In this document: positions 47,913 through 58,747 of the stretch, piece after piece
How the letters are laid out: every line of letters begins with the position of its first letter
Numbering within the stretch: position 1 is the first letter of the stretch
Source: Candidatus Planktophila sp.
GTDB taxonomy: Bacteria > Actinomycetota > Actinomycetes > Nanopelagicales > Nanopelagicaceae
Direction: 5' to 3'
DNA length: 64,000 nucleotides
NCBI GenBank assembly: GCA_038905915.1
Contig: JBCKHJ010000002.1
Location: forward strand, 18,466 to 82,465
Position numbers and translations under genes: made by a program
The notes under the pieces: model-generated
The model's input: only the letters and a program-made list of their open reading frames with translations
Told to the model about the DNA's origin: nothing
Databases searched by the model: none

Positions 47913-49965
47913 TTCCCATCCGGTCTAAGTAAGGCAAGATTCCGCCTAAATGCATCGGCCAACCAGCTCCCATCAACATACATAAATCGATTTCTGCAGC
48001 GGTAGCGACCACGCCTTCATCTAGCATCATTCGCGCTTCTTGTGCAATTGCAGTTAAGGCGCGCAATCTAATTTCTTCGCCAGAGGAAGGTTTATCACCT
48101 TTTGCAACAAGAGCAAGGGCGGCTGGGTTGGGCGCTAAAGTTCCGTCTTCATTTTTGATATAGAAAGTTCGCACACCTTCTTTAACCATGCGTTGCATCG
48201 ATGGTGAAATGCGATAACGCGGACCTAGGTTTTTATTGAGAATTTCCGATACGTGTAAAACAACCCCAGGACCGACTAATCCCAATAATTCAAAGGGCGA
48301 CATAGGGAAACCAATTTCGCGCATTGCATTATCAGCAATATCAGGGGCGGTTCCCTCATCCATGGCATCGGTAATTTCGCCCATAAATCGAGTTAGCAAA
48401 CGATTTACTACAAAACCAGGAGTGTCTTTAGTGATCACCATAGTTTTCTTTAGTGATTTACCCACTGCAATTGCAGTTGCAGTTGTCGCATCATCGGTAG
48501 CACTTGTCCGTGCTACCTCTAGCAAAGGCATAATCGCAACTGGATTAAAGAAGTGAAAACCAACAACACGTTCTGGATTTTTAAGGCCTTGACTCATTTT
48601 TTCAACCGATAGCGAAGAAGTATTAGATGCCAAGACGCATTCGGGGGAGATAATGGTTTCTAGTTTTTTAAATAGTTCTTGCTTTAGGCCCAGCTCTTCA
48701 AAGATTGCTTCGATTATGAAATCGCAACCCGCAAAGACGCTCTGATCTGATGAGCCCGAGATGAGAAGTGCCAAACGTTGCGCGGCTTCAGCGCTCATTC
48801 TTTTCTTCTCGACTAATTTTGATAATTCATTTTTCACCCAAGCCACACCTTTATCTGCGCGTTCTTGGTCTATATCGGTCATAACGATTGGAGTTTTTAA
48901 ATTGCGCAACAAAATGAGAGCTAATTGTGAAGCCATTAAGCCAGCACCAACTACGCCAACTTTTGCGACTTTGCGAGCAAGGGCGGGTTTAGGCGCACCT
49001 TCTACTTTTTTGCGCTTTTTTTGAATTAAATTAAATGCATAAAGAGATGCTCGAAGTGGATCACTCATTACCAATTCCGAGAGAACTTTATCTTCGGCAT
49101 CAAAGCCTTGGCCATTTGTTGCAGTGCGAGATGCGGCAATTAGTTCTAACGCTTTCATTGGTGCTGCGATTTCAGCGCCACCGTATTTTTTAAGAGCCGC
49201 TGCGCGTCCAGTTGCTAGGGCTTTATCCCAATTGGCATCGCTCGAATAATCGGTGCGGGTAATTTTGGTTGAACCAGTTAGCACCGATACTGCAAAAGCA
49301 ACAGAGCGCTCTAGAAAATCTGATGGTTCAAAGACTGCATCTACCACGCCAAGTGCTAGCGCATCTTTTGCTTTCATCATGGTGTTGTTATTGAGAGCAT
49401 TTAACATAATTACTTGGACTGCGCGTTCTGGCCCAATTAGTTTTGGCAAGAGAGTTGCACCGCCCCAGCCTGGGACTAAACCTAAGAAAACTTCAGGTAG
49501 GGCTGTAAAGGCTGTAGTTGCAAGAGTGCGATATTTGCAATGCAAAGCAACTTCAAGGCCACCACCGAGAGCCAGGCCATTTATAAAAGCAAAAGTAGGA
49601 ATTTCACTTTCACCTAGTCTGCGAAATACATCGTGCCCAAATTTGCCAATTGCAAGGGATTGTTCGCGTTTAGTTAAAAATAAGAGTGCAGATAGGTCTG
49701 CTCCCGCGGCAAAAATAAATGGTTTACCAGTAATAGCAATCGCAACTGGCTTGCGTGCGATTGCATCGGTAATTGCGGCATCGAGGGCGGCAAGGGACTT
49801 GACACCAAAAGTATTTGGACGAGTATGGTCTTGTCCATTATCTAAAGTAATCAAAGCAAGATTTCCTTTTGTACCAAAGGCGCTAAGGTCGACCTCGCGC
49901 ACTAGTGCGTTAGTAATTACTTCATCAGGCGCGCCTTCTGGAAGTACTAAATCTGAGGCGCTCAT
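47854..49965 (-). CDS. fadB: Fatty-acid oxidation multifunctional enzyme (enoyl-CoA hydratase/3-hydroxyacyl-CoA dehydrogenase)
   Basis: ALGGGLE, PEVFLGLVPGWGG, GAGLMA, SNTSS, HFFNP. Confidence 0.9.
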   Translation of the reverse strand: MSASDLVLPEGAPDEVITNALVREVDLSAFGTKGNLALITLDNGQDHTRPNTFGVKSLAALDAAITDAIARKPVAIAITGKPFIFAAGADLSALLFLTKREQSLAIGKFGHDVFRRLGESEIPTFAFINGLALGGGLEVALHCKYRTLATTAFTALPEVFLGLVPGWGGATLLPKLIGPERAVQVIMLNALNNNTMMKAKDALALGVVDAVFEPSDFLERSVAFAVSVLTGSTKITRTDYSSDANWDKALATGRAAALKKYGGAEIAAPMKALELIAASRTATNGQGFDAEDKVLSELVMSDPLRASLYAFNLIQKKRKKVEGAPKPALARKVAKVGVVGAGLMASQLALILLRNLKTPIVMTDIDQERADKGVAWVKNELSKLVEKKRMSAEAAQRLALLISGSSDQSVFAGCDFIIEAIFEELGLKQELFKKLETIISPECVLASNTSSLSVEKMSQGLKNPERVVGFHFFNPVAIMPLLEVARTSATDDATTATAIAVGKSLKKTMVITKDTPGFVVNRLLTRFMGEITDAMDEGTAPDIADNAMREIGFPMSPFELLGLVGPGVVLHVSEILNKNLGPRYRISPSMQRMVKEGVRTFYIKNEDGTLAPNPAALALVAKGDKPSSGEEIRLRALTAIAQEARMMLDEGVVATAAEIDLCMLMGAGWPMHLGGILPYLDRMGISDSVCGQRFHAPGIASLL

Positions 49966-51159
49966 TTATTTAGCGCCTTTAAAGTTTGGATTTTCCCAAA
50001 TAATTGTGCCGCCCATGCCAAGACCGATACACATAGTTGTTATCCCATAACGCACCTCTGGATGCTCTTCAAAGGAGCGCGCCAAATTTAGAATCAAACG
50101 AATTCCAGAAGAAGCAAGTGGATGACCAACAGCGATCGCGCCGCCGAACGGATTAACGCGCGGGTCGTCATCGGCGATTCCAAAGTGATCTAAAAATGCA
50201 AGTACTTGAATTGCAAAGGCTTCGTTGACTTCAAATAATCCAATATCTTCAATCTTTAGCCCGGCTTTTTTCAACGCTTTAATAGTTGCAGGTACTGGGC
50301 CGTAACCCATTATTTCGGGCTCGACGCCAGCAAAAGCAAAAGTTACTAGGCGGGCTTTAATGCTGAGACCTAATTCGATTGCTTTTTCTTCGCTAGCTAA
50401 AATCGCTGCAGTTGCACCGTCATTTAAACCCGCAGTATTTCCTGCGGTAACGCGACCTGCTGGGCGAAATGGAGTTTTCAGCGCAGCAAGGGCTGCTAGA
50501 GTTGTACCAGGGCGCGGTGGTTCATCAACGGTAGCAACTCCGAAACCAAGTTCGGCGCTTCGCATTGCAGTTGGTATCAAGTCACGCTGAATTTTCCCAT
50601 CGGCATATGCCTTCGCGGTCTTTAGTTGAGAAGCAAGCGCGTATTTATCGGCGCGTTCTTTTGTTAAATGCGGGAAGCGATCATGTAAACGCTCGGCGGT
50701 ATTTCCCATAGAAAGCGCGTCTTCTTCGACAATGCGTTCGGCTAAATAACGTGGGTTTGGATCCATTAATTCGCCTATTGGGTGATTGCCCATATGCTCA
50801 ACACCGCCAGCGATCGCGATCTCATATGCACCCATTGCAATTGCGCCACTAATAGTTGTTACTGCAGTCAGTGCGCCTGCGCACCAGCGGTCGATTGAAT
50901 AGCCAGGAACAGTTACCGGAAGTCCTGCTAAAAGTGATGCGCTTCGACCAATATTCATTCCTTGATCACCAGTTTGTGATGCCGCAGCAATTGCAACATC
51001 ATCAATATCGCTATTTGCAATCTTTGGATTTCTATCAAGTAAGCCTCGAATCGCGCGCACAATCAAATCATCGGCGCGAGTTCCGGTATACATTCCACCG
51101 GCTTTTCCAAAAGGAGTACGCACTGCATCAACTAGGACAACGGTCTTTGAAAGAGTCAT
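49966..51159 (-). CDS. fadA: Acetyl-CoA acyltransferase (thiolase)
   Basis: DRWCAG, NEAFA, GHPLASSG, CIGLGMG. Confidence 0.92.
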   Translation of the reverse strand: MTLSKTVVLVDAVRTPFGKAGGMYTGTRADDLIVRAIRGLLDRNPKIANSDIDDVAIAAASQTGDQGMNIGRSASLLAGLPVTVPGYSIDRWCAGALTAVTTISGAIAMGAYEIAIAGGVEHMGNHPIGELMDPNPRYLAERIVEEDALSMGNTAERLHDRFPHLTKERADKYALASQLKTAKAYADGKIQRDLIPTAMRSAELGFGVATVDEPPRPGTTLAALAALKTPFRPAGRVTAGNTAGLNDGATAAILASEEKAIELGLSIKARLVTFAFAGVEPEIMGYGPVPATIKALKKAGLKIEDIGLFEVNEAFAIQVLAFLDHFGIADDDPRVNPFGGAIAVGHPLASSGIRLILNLARSFEEHPEVRYGITTMCIGLGMGGTIIWENPNFKGAK

Positions 51160-51202
51160 GGAGTTAGGTTACCCGTGAGTAGGGTTTTACATCAATAGCG
51201 AA

Positions 51203-52504
51203 TCAGGGGGACTCTTCTATGTTTTCAGGGGTAACCACAGGCTCTGGCCTAGGAGTACGCTCTAAAAGGGCTAGCGCCACGATAGGAGCGGCAATATCTA
51301 TCTGCCATTGCCTGGCCCCCGAATTGGCAAGTTGGCTACGTACGGCTGCCTCATCGCTACTTTGGGTAGAGCCAGGCGGTGGATCCCAACAAATTCGGCG
51401 TATTAGTTCTGGGGTAATTAGATTTTCCAGTGGAATCGCTAATTCTTGCGCGCGAATTTCAAGGCCATATCGCGCATGGGATAAGGGTGCGAATTTTTCT
51501 GGAAAACGCTCGCGCCAAATTTTTATTGGCGGCAAAGTATCGGCGCTAGATCGCATTGGCGGCCACAACTCTTGCGGGGTTTGGATCGCATCGGCAATTG
51601 TTTCTAACCAGAGCGCAGTATTTTCAAACCAGCGCGCTCGCATGCCAAGTGGGCGCAGCGCTTTCTCCATACCCTTGCGATCACTGGGCGGGGCAATTGC
51701 AAGCTCAACGATTGCTAAATCGCTAAGTAATTTTCCAGATGCAATATCTGCTTTTGCAGCAAGGCTATCTCGTGCTATCCATAAATCTTTAATTATTGCT
51801 AGCTGGTCGCGCCGCTTAATTTTATGCATTCCTGAAGTTCGCCGCCAAGGATCAATTCTTGGGGCCGTTGGTGGGGCTTTGAGAATGGCTGCGAATTCCT
51901 CTTGCGCCCAAGCCAATTTATTAGCGCTACTCAAAAGTTCTGAAATAATATTTCGTAATTCAACCAGTAGTTCTACATCTAATGCGGCATAAGTTAACCA
52001 ATCTCGGGCAAGTGGTCGGATAGACCAATCGGCGGCGCTATGTTCTTTTGTAAGTGAGAAACCCATTAGCGATTCAAGTAGCGGGCTTAAACCTACGCGG
52101 GGTAGGCCTGCGATGCGAGCGCCTAATTCAGTGTCAAAGAGTTTGGTGGGATTAATCCCAATTTCGCGCAGGCAAGGTAAATCCTGAGTGCTTGCGTGCA
52201 AAATTACCTCATCGGTTGCCAGCAAATCATTTAGTTCTTTAAAGATTTTATGGCTCGCTCCAAATGCAATTGGGTCAATTAGATGTAATCCGCCGCCGAT
52301 TCGCTTGATCTGGATTAAATATGCCCGCGCGCTATAACGAAACCCCGATGCTCTTTCAGCATCTACTGCAAATGGACCGCTTCCTTGTGATAATTCTTTA
52401 ATCGCGTCGCTAAAAGCGCTCTCGGTATCAATAATCGGGGGAGTTCCTTGCGCAGGGTGGCGTAAAGGTATGGGCGCGACTTCTTCTTCTATGGTCTCGG
52501 ACAT
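51203..52504 (-). CDS. rnd: Ribonuclease D (HRDC domain)
   Basis: AVDAERASG, LFDTELG, DWSIRPL, YAALDVE. Confidence 0.92.
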   Translation of the reverse strand: MSETIEEEVAPIPLRHPAQGTPPIIDTESAFSDAIKELSQGSGPFAVDAERASGFRYSARAYLIQIKRIGGGLHLIDPIAFGASHKIFKELNDLLATDEVILHASTQDLPCLREIGINPTKLFDTELGARIAGLPRVGLSPLLESLMGFSLTKEHSAADWSIRPLARDWLTYAALDVELLVELRNIISELLSSANKLAWAQEEFAAILKAPPTAPRIDPWRRTSGMHKIKRRDQLAIIKDLWIARDSLAAKADIASGKLLSDLAIVELAIAPPSDRKGMEKALRPLGMRARWFENTALWLETIADAIQTPQELWPPMRSSADTLPPIKIWRERFPEKFAPLSHARYGLEIRAQELAIPLENLITPELIRRICWDPPPGSTQSSDEAAVRSQLANSGARQWQIDIAAPIVALALLERTPRPEPVVTPENIEESP

Positions 52505-52510
52505 TTTATT

Positions 52511-53089
52511 TCAACGACGACGAGATGAAGTTATTGCCGATACGCCATCAGGAATCGCTGGCAAACCTGCAATCTCACCAATGAGATTGCACCAACCCTG
52601 TATGTGTTGCATCATTTCTTCTGGTTTATTAATAACTGGAGTCCAAGAAGCGCGAATTTCAATTTCCGCTTTATTATTTCGGGGCGATAACTTTCCAAAA
52701 GATACGCTAGTTACCCGCGTTACGCTTCCAGAAGGTGCGTTGATTATGCAACCTGTGCTTCCTAAGGATTCTAAAAACCAATTCCAACCGACTTCGGGCA
52801 ACATCGGATCTTCTTCCATAACCGTATCAAGGTCTGCCCGTACAAAAGTTACACAACGAAATTCACCGTCCCATGTTTCTTGTCCGCCGGGTTCGTGTAG
52901 TAAGACAAAGCGGCCTGATGCAACCTCATCTTCATCATCTCCAACTAAGCCATTACTAACATCGGCTGAGAATGCAAAGGAATATGTCGCTAGTTTTTGA
53001 GGTGAAGGCACTTCTTCTAAAATAATTTCCGCGCGAGGAGTAAAGGTGCGAAGCATTACAATCATGCGATCAAAACCCTGAGCATCCAC
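52511..53089 (-). CDS. DUF3000 family protein
   Basis: GRFVLLHEPGGQETWDG, EIRASWTP; upstream of rnd. Confidence 0.88.
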   Translation of the reverse strand: MDAQGFDRMIVMLRTFTPRAEIILEEVPSPQKLATYSFAFSADVSNGLVGDDEDEVASGRFVLLHEPGGQETWDGEFRCVTFVRADLDTVMEEDPMLPEVGWNWFLESLGSTGCIINAPSGSVTRVTSVSFGKLSPRNNKAEIEIRASWTPVINKPEEMMQHIQGWCNLIGEIAGLPAIPDGVSAITSSRRR

Positions 53090-53149
53090 TACCTTAATGT
53101 AAAGAATTAATCGACACGATTGTGGGAGGCAGGGCGGTAACCTTGCTAA

Positions 53150-53989
53150 ATGGCCATTTTGCTAGCACTCATATCTAGTGCGCTCTGGGGGAGCGCCGAT
53201 TTTGAAGGCGGACGGCTGAGCAAAAAGCGCGCACCTATTGCGGTTTTAGGTGCTTCACAGATAATTAGTTTGATTTTTGGTTTAGCAATTGTTATTGCAA
53301 CTTCTTCATGGCATTTCAAAGCGTTCGGTAACGGTGGTTATTTTATTCCCGGAGCGCTTGCAGGTCTCTTTGGTTATGTTGGTCTGTTCTGTCTTTATAC
53401 CGGACTTTCAATCGGGCGTATGGGAGTTGTTGCACCTATTAGCGCTCTTAGCGCAGTAATCCCGCTCTCGTATGCGTTGATAAAAGGAGAGTCACTTTCT
53501 CTAATTATATCTATCGGTGTAGTGCTAGCCCTAACAGGTGCTTTTTGTGCAAGTGGTCCTGAAATTTCACAAGGCTTGCCGCTAAAACCAATTTTACTTG
53601 CAGTGTGCGCTGCGCTCTGTTTCGGAACAGCCATGACCTTTATGGCAGTTGGTTCGCAAACGAGTGCGCTAATGACAATGGTGGCGATGCGCTTTTCTAC
53701 TTTATTTGTAACTATCGCTATTGCAATTCGTTTTAAAAGCACGGGAGGTTTTACAAAGGCAGAATTACCTAGTCTCATCTTCATTGGGGTTGCGGATTTT
53801 GTTGCTAATTTATTCTTAGGAATTGCAACCACGCTTGGTTTGGTTTCAATTGCAATGGTCTTAGGTTCGCTTTATCCAATTGTAACTGCAGCGCTGGCTT
53901 TCAAATTTTTACATGAGCGTTTACATAAAGTTCAATACTTAGGAGTGGTACTAGCTATTACTGGCGTAGCTCTGATTTCGGCTTTCTAG
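53150..53989 (+). CDS. DMT/EamA-family transporter
   Basis: WGSADFEGG, about ten hydrophobic segments, LYPIVT...LHERL. Confidence 0.88.
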   Translation: MAILLALISSALWGSADFEGGRLSKKRAPIAVLGASQIISLIFGLAIVIATSSWHFKAFGNGGYFIPGALAGLFGYVGLFCLYTGLSIGRMGVVAPISALSAVIPLSYALIKGESLSLIISIGVVLALTGAFCASGPEISQGLPLKPILLAVCAALCFGTAMTFMAVGSQTSALMTMVAMRFSTLFVTIAIAIRFKSTGGFTKAELPSLIFIGVADFVANLFLGIATTLGLVSIAMVLGSLYPIVTAALAFKFLHERLHKVQYLGVVLAITGVALISAF

Positions 53990-54477
53990 CGTTTACAAGA
54001 CCAGAAGATTGTTCCATCAATTTCTAGCCTTTCCTTCTTTGAAAAAGCGCCTAACAACTTTTCTACATCAATTTTGTTTTCGCCACCGCTTATTTGAGTA
54101 ATACTTAATTCAAGTTCATCTATTAGCCCAAGAACCATAAATTCATTTATCAATGCCGGCCCGCCTTCAATTAAAATATTTTCGCCAAACTCTTCTCGCG
54201 CACGAGCGAGTGCCTTTGTTGGTGAAGAATTCCAAAGGCGGGCTAACGGATTCTCTGATAACGGATTAATTTCACCTCTAGATAAGATGACAAGGGGTAC
54301 AGGTGTTCGCAAATAAGGTTCATTTCGCGCAGTATTTCCACCAATAATTATGCAATCCATTTCGCGCCGTCTTTTGAGAAATATTTCTCTATCGGCGCCA
54401 TTTGATACGCCTTTTGATTTTCCATGCATCGTGACAGATCCATCACTACCAACGACAAGGGTTGCCATAACTGACAT
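53986..54477 (-). CDS. RibD C-terminal/dihydrofolate reductase-family protein
   Basis: SDGS, IIIGGNTAR, ILIEGGP, LIDELELSI. Confidence 0.8.
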   Translation of the reverse strand: MSVMATLVVGSDGSVTMHGKSKGVSNGADREIFLKRRREMDCIIIGGNTARNEPYLRTPVPLVILSRGEINPLSENPLARLWNSSPTKALARAREEFGENILIEGGPALINEFMVLGLIDELELSITQISGGENKIDVEKLLGAFSKKERLEIDGTIFWSCKR

Positions 54478-54591
54478 GTGTGAAGATTAGAGGTTTTTTT
54501 AGGAGCGATATCCATAATTTTTCGATATTTCATAGGAGCGCACGCTCAAAATGATTTGAACGCTAGCTGGAGCCTCGGTTAGCCTTCCTTT

Positions 54592-55758
54592 GTGAATGCG
54601 CATCGCGTTTCTAGTACAAGCAAACTTTTATTCGTTACCAATGATTTTGGCCCAAGAGCCGGAGGTATCGAAACTTTTATTATTGGCTTAATCGAACGCT
54701 TGCCAAAAAATCAAGTAATTGTTTATACATCGGCCCAAAAAGACACTTCTGCCTACGATGCAAAATGGATGAGCGAATTTGGTGTTGAAGTAATTAGAGA
54801 TCGCTCGAAAATATTGCTGCCAACACCACGCGTTGCGCGGGCAGTTTGCAAGATCGCCCGGAACCAAAGAATTCAAAGCGTAGCTTTTGGCGCTGCAGCC
54901 CCTCTTGCTTTATTGGCACCAGCCCTTCGTCGCGCTGGAGTAATGCGAATAGTTGCAATGACGCATGGCCACGAAGTTTGGTGGGCAAAAATATTTCCTT
55001 TTAATATTGCCATGCGCCACATTGGCAATAGCGTTGATGTCCTTACATATCTTGGTGAATTTACGCGCTCTGCAATTTCTAAAAGTTTAAGTACAAGTGC
55101 GAGGCAATCAATGGTCAAGATTGCTCCAGGAATAGATATTGAATATTTCAGGAGCATTGATGCAACAGATTTGCGTAAAAGTTTAGGTTTGGAATTCAAG
55201 AAAGTTATTATCTGCGTTGCTCGCTTAGTACCCCGTAAGGGGCAAGACGCTTTAATTGAAGCTATGGCGCAAATTTTAGAGCACGAGCCTGCTGCCCATC
55301 TCTTGTTAGTTGGACAAGGCCCGTATCGTGGCTATTTAGAGTCCATGGTGAGAAAATATCGCCTAGAAGAGCGCGTTACTTTTGTTGGACGAATTCAATA
55401 TGGAGAATTACCTCAATACTTATGCGCTGGTGATATTTTTGCTATGCCCGCGCGGTCCCGCTTCAACGGTTTAGAAGTTGAAGGCCTAGGAATTGTTTAT
55501 CTTGAAGCAAGCGCTTGTGGCTTACCAGTAATTGCGGGTTCATCGGGTGGGGCACCTGATGCTGTTATTGAAAATATAACGGGCCTAGTTGTTGATGGAA
55601 ACGATCGGGCAGAAATTGCGGAGGCAATTCTAAAATTACTTGGCGATCCGGTGCGCAGAAGAGATATGGGATTAGCGGGGCGAAAATGGATAATAGAAAA
55701 GTGGTGCTGGGAAATTTGGGCTAGCGAATTTCGAAAAGTTTTACAGATTCGAAACTAA
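54592..55758 (+). CDS. GT4 glycosyltransferase (PimB-like mannosyltransferase)
   Basis: VTNDFGPRAGGIE, RLVPRKGQD, EGLGIVYLEA. Confidence 0.88.
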   Translation: MNAHRVSSTSKLLFVTNDFGPRAGGIETFIIGLIERLPKNQVIVYTSAQKDTSAYDAKWMSEFGVEVIRDRSKILLPTPRVARAVCKIARNQRIQSVAFGAAAPLALLAPALRRAGVMRIVAMTHGHEVWWAKIFPFNIAMRHIGNSVDVLTYLGEFTRSAISKSLSTSARQSMVKIAPGIDIEYFRSIDATDLRKSLGLEFKKVIICVARLVPRKGQDALIEAMAQILEHEPAAHLLLVGQGPYRGYLESMVRKYRLEERVTFVGRIQYGELPQYLCAGDIFAMPARSRFNGLEVEGLGIVYLEASACGLPVIAGSSGGAPDAVIENITGLVVDGNDRAEIAEAILKLLGDPVRRRDMGLAGRKWIIEKWCWEIWASEFRKVLQIRN

Positions 55759-56358
55759 GCCAGCTTTTCTGGCGATAGAGACCGCTTGCGTTCGATTTTC
55801 GGCCCTTAACTTTCTATAGATTGCGGCTAAGTGAGTTTTAATTGTCGCCTCACTTAAGAAAAGTTGTTTTGATAAAGTGCTATTTGAAGAACCACTTGGC
55901 AAGAGTGCAAGGACATCCAATTCACGCGCAGTTAAGCCAAATCCATCAGATTTTCGACTTAAAGCTTGGGCAATACCGCATCCTACAAAACTCAAAGGGG
56001 CAGTAACACTATGCGTGATAGCTGCAACTAATTCTGTGACCGGTGCACTCTTTAGTATGTATGCACTTGCCCCTGCCTGCATTGCCGAAAGTAAATGCGC
56101 ATCATCATCATTAAGGGTTAATACAACGATTCCAATAGTTTTAGAAAGATTTCGCGCCCAAATAATTACATCAAAACCAGTACCATCTGGCAGATTTAAA
56201 TCAATGACAATCACATCGGGATTTTTATGTGCAATTTGGGCGCGAGCTTCGGCTTGTGAAGCGGCTTCGCCTACAATTATGAAACCCGTATTACTTAGCG
56301 CACGTTTCAAACCTTCTCGCACGATTGCGTGATCATCAATTAGCAATACAGAAGTCAC
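55741..56358 (-). CDS. NarL/LuxR-family response regulator
   Basis: LIDDHAIVREG, DLNLPD, LTARELDVL, SEATIKTHL. Confidence 0.95.
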   Translation of the reverse strand: MTSVLLIDDHAIVREGLKRALSNTGFIIVGEAASQAEARAQIAHKNPDVIVIDLNLPDGTGFDVIIWARNLSKTIGIVVLTLNDDDAHLLSAMQAGASAYILKSAPVTELVAAITHSVTAPLSFVGCGIAQALSRKSDGFGLTARELDVLALLPSGSSNSTLSKQLFLSEATIKTHLAAIYRKLRAENRTQAVSIARKAGLVSNL

Positions 56359-56882
56359 TTGCCAACCGCCGGTATTTCAATTTTAATTGCAGTTCCGTCT
56401 CTATTAGACTCGATTTCGAAAGTGCCATTTAATCTTTGAATGCGTTCGCGGATTCCGATTATTCCAAAGCGTTGGCTTTGGTTAACCGCACCACCTTGCC
56501 CATTATCTGTAATTCGCAATGAGATTGCGCCGTCTTTGATTTTTGCAGAAATATCTAATTGGTTAGCCTTAGAATGCGCGCTTACATTTTTGAGAATCTC
56601 TGCACATATTCGGATGACTTCGTTGGTCACATGAGGTGCCAGACTTATCAATTCTGATTTTATTTCTATCGTATTGACGCGGCGTAAATCAAAGATTTCC
56701 TTGCGGATTCGCTCAATTATCTCGCTTGTTTGGAAACGAAGGCTGCGCAGACCAGCGCGCGTTATAAGCGGAGTTTGTGGTTGGCCAAGCAGAGTATCGA
56801 GTGAGTAACCCATCGCAACTAAATCTTGGGCAATACCATCGTGTAATTCCTGTGCTAGTCGGACTCGCTCGGAAGTTGACAC
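56355..56882 (-). CDS. Minimal histidine kinase (HisKA_3 and HATPase only)
   Basis: ERVRLAQELHDGIAQ starts at residue 5; EILKNVSAHS, DNGQG, FGIIGIRER. Confidence 0.85.
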   Translation of the reverse strand: MSTSERVRLAQELHDGIAQDLVAMGYSLDTLLGQPQTPLITRAGLRSLRFQTSEIIERIRKEIFDLRRVNTIEIKSELISLAPHVTNEVIRICAEILKNVSAHSKANQLDISAKIKDGAISLRITDNGQGGAVNQSQRFGIIGIRERIQRLNGTFEIESNRDGTAIKIEIPAVGK

Positions 56883-56894
56883 GGTTTCACCGTT

Positions 56895-58691
56895 TTACTC
56901 GCTTTTAGTAAAGAGTTGCTTAATTTCGTTAGCAAATTCTTTTGTTATGATATGGCGTTTTAGCGAAAGTTTAGGTGTTAAATGTCCGCCAGCAATTGTA
57001 AAATCAGTTGGCAAAATCACAAATTTACGAATTGATTCTGCTCGACTTACCGCCTTATTTGTTTCATCAACCGCGCTTTGAATAACTGCAATCAAGTCAG
57101 GGTCATTAGCTAAATCAGCCATTGAAGCGCCATCTTTTTTATTTGTCTTGACCCATAATTTAAGTGGATCTTGATCAATTGTGATTAGGGCTGCAATGAA
57201 AGGTTGATTATCACCAACGACCATGCACTGGCTAACTAAAGGATTGGCGCGCAAGCGGTCTTCCAATTGGGTAGGGGCAACATTTTTGCCACCTGATGTA
57301 ACAATTAATTCCTTCTTGCGTCCAACAATGTATAGGAAGCCATCCTCATCTAATTTTCCAAGGTCACCAGTTTTAAACCAACCATCAGAATTAAATGCCT
57401 CGGCATTTGCAGCTTCATTTTGCCAATAGCCACGCATAACGATTGGACCACGGATGAGGACCTCGCCATCTTCGGCAATTGCAATTGAAGTTCCAGGAAC
57501 AGGGCGACCAACCGAACCTACGCGCTGGGCAGTCGATAAATTAAGAGTGGCACCAGCAGTTGTTTCAGTCAAACCATAGCCTTCTAAAACTGTTATCCCG
57601 ACACCCCGATAAAAATGTCCTAGCCGTTCTCCGAGTGGGGCACCGCCCGAAACTGCCGCTTCCACCGCACCGCCCATACCTGCACGAATTTTGGAATAAA
57701 CCAATTTATCGAAAACTTTATGTTTTAGCGCCAAAATTGGCGAGGTGTGTTTTTTATCTAGGCTTATTGAATATGCAATTGCTACATCAGCAGCTTTTCT
57801 AAAAATATTTCCTTTACCTGCAGCCTCTGCGCGTGCTTCGGAGCCATTGTAAATTTTTTCAAAGATACGTGGAACTGCTAACACGAAAGTTGGCTTAAAA
57901 GATGCTAAATCTTTTGGTAACGCAGCAACAGGATCGCTGCAATGCGCCAAATGTAAGCCAGCCTTGATTGCCCCAATTTGAACCATGCGACCAAAAACAT
58001 GTGCCACAGGCAGAAATAGCAGAGTTGATCCACCAGGCTTTAAGAAAAGATCACTTGCGCCTTCAACAACATTGCCGCACTCTGATAAAAAATTACCGTG
58101 AGTTAGCTCTACTCCCTTGGGTTTTCCAGTTGTACCTGATGTGTAAATTATCGTTGCTAACGTTTCTGGAACAAGTGAGTTCCGTCTGTGATCAATTTCA
58201 TCATCAGTGATTGTGACGCCAGCAGTTTTTAGAACCTCAAGAACATCATCGGACATACTCCACATGTGTTTGGTGTGTGCAGGCTTAACCGAATTTACTG
58301 CATCGCGAAGCGCTGGAGTCTCAACGATGATTCCAACCGAACCTGAATCATTTAAGATCCAATCAATTTGTTCACTCGATGATGTGTCATAAATTGGAAC
58401 AACGACTGCGCCGGCATACCAAATTGCAAAATCTAAAATTGTCCATTCGTATCGAGTACGCGACATAATGGCAACGCGATCTCCAATAGCGATACCTGAT
58501 GCGACCAGACCTTTAGCCGTTGCGCGAATTTGCGCTTCTACTTGGCTAGCGCTCTGAGCTTTCCAACCATCACCTTCTGCTTTGGACATAATGATGCGCT
58601 CAGGTTCAAACCAAGCGCGTTCGGCAATTAAATTTGTTAGATTGCCAGTTGTTGCAGGAGGGACGAGGGCCGTGACGGTGATTTCATTCAT
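56895..58691 (-). CDS. Long-chain fatty acid--CoA ligase (FadD15-like)
   Basis: YTSGTTGKPKG, EGYGLTET, KTGDLG, GRKKELIVTSGGKN. Confidence 0.93.
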   Translation of the reverse strand: MNEITVTALVPPATTGNLTNLIAERAWFEPERIIMSKAEGDGWKAQSASQVEAQIRATAKGLVASGIAIGDRVAIMSRTRYEWTILDFAIWYAGAVVVPIYDTSSSEQIDWILNDSGSVGIIVETPALRDAVNSVKPAHTKHMWSMSDDVLEVLKTAGVTITDDEIDHRRNSLVPETLATIIYTSGTTGKPKGVELTHGNFLSECGNVVEGASDLFLKPGGSTLLFLPVAHVFGRMVQIGAIKAGLHLAHCSDPVAALPKDLASFKPTFVLAVPRIFEKIYNGSEARAEAAGKGNIFRKAADVAIAYSISLDKKHTSPILALKHKVFDKLVYSKIRAGMGGAVEAAVSGGAPLGERLGHFYRGVGITVLEGYGLTETTAGATLNLSTAQRVGSVGRPVPGTSIAIAEDGEVLIRGPIVMRGYWQNEAANAEAFNSDGWFKTGDLGKLDEDGFLYIVGRKKELIVTSGGKNVAPTQLEDRLRANPLVSQCMVVGDNQPFIAALITIDQDPLKLWVKTNKKDGASMADLANDPDLIAVIQSAVDETNKAVSRAESIRKFVILPTDFTIAGGHLTPKLSLKRHIITKEFANEIKQLFTKSE

Positions 58692-58747
58692 AGGGTAAAC
58701 GCTATCGTGAGAGCCGTGCTTTGTGGAAGAGGGGTAACCTTGCGCTC

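Noticed and set aside
49253-53000. Long + strand ORFs 49253..50050, 51219..51992 and 52470..53000
   Set aside because: Antisense in-register shadows of fadB/fadA, rnd and DUF3000.
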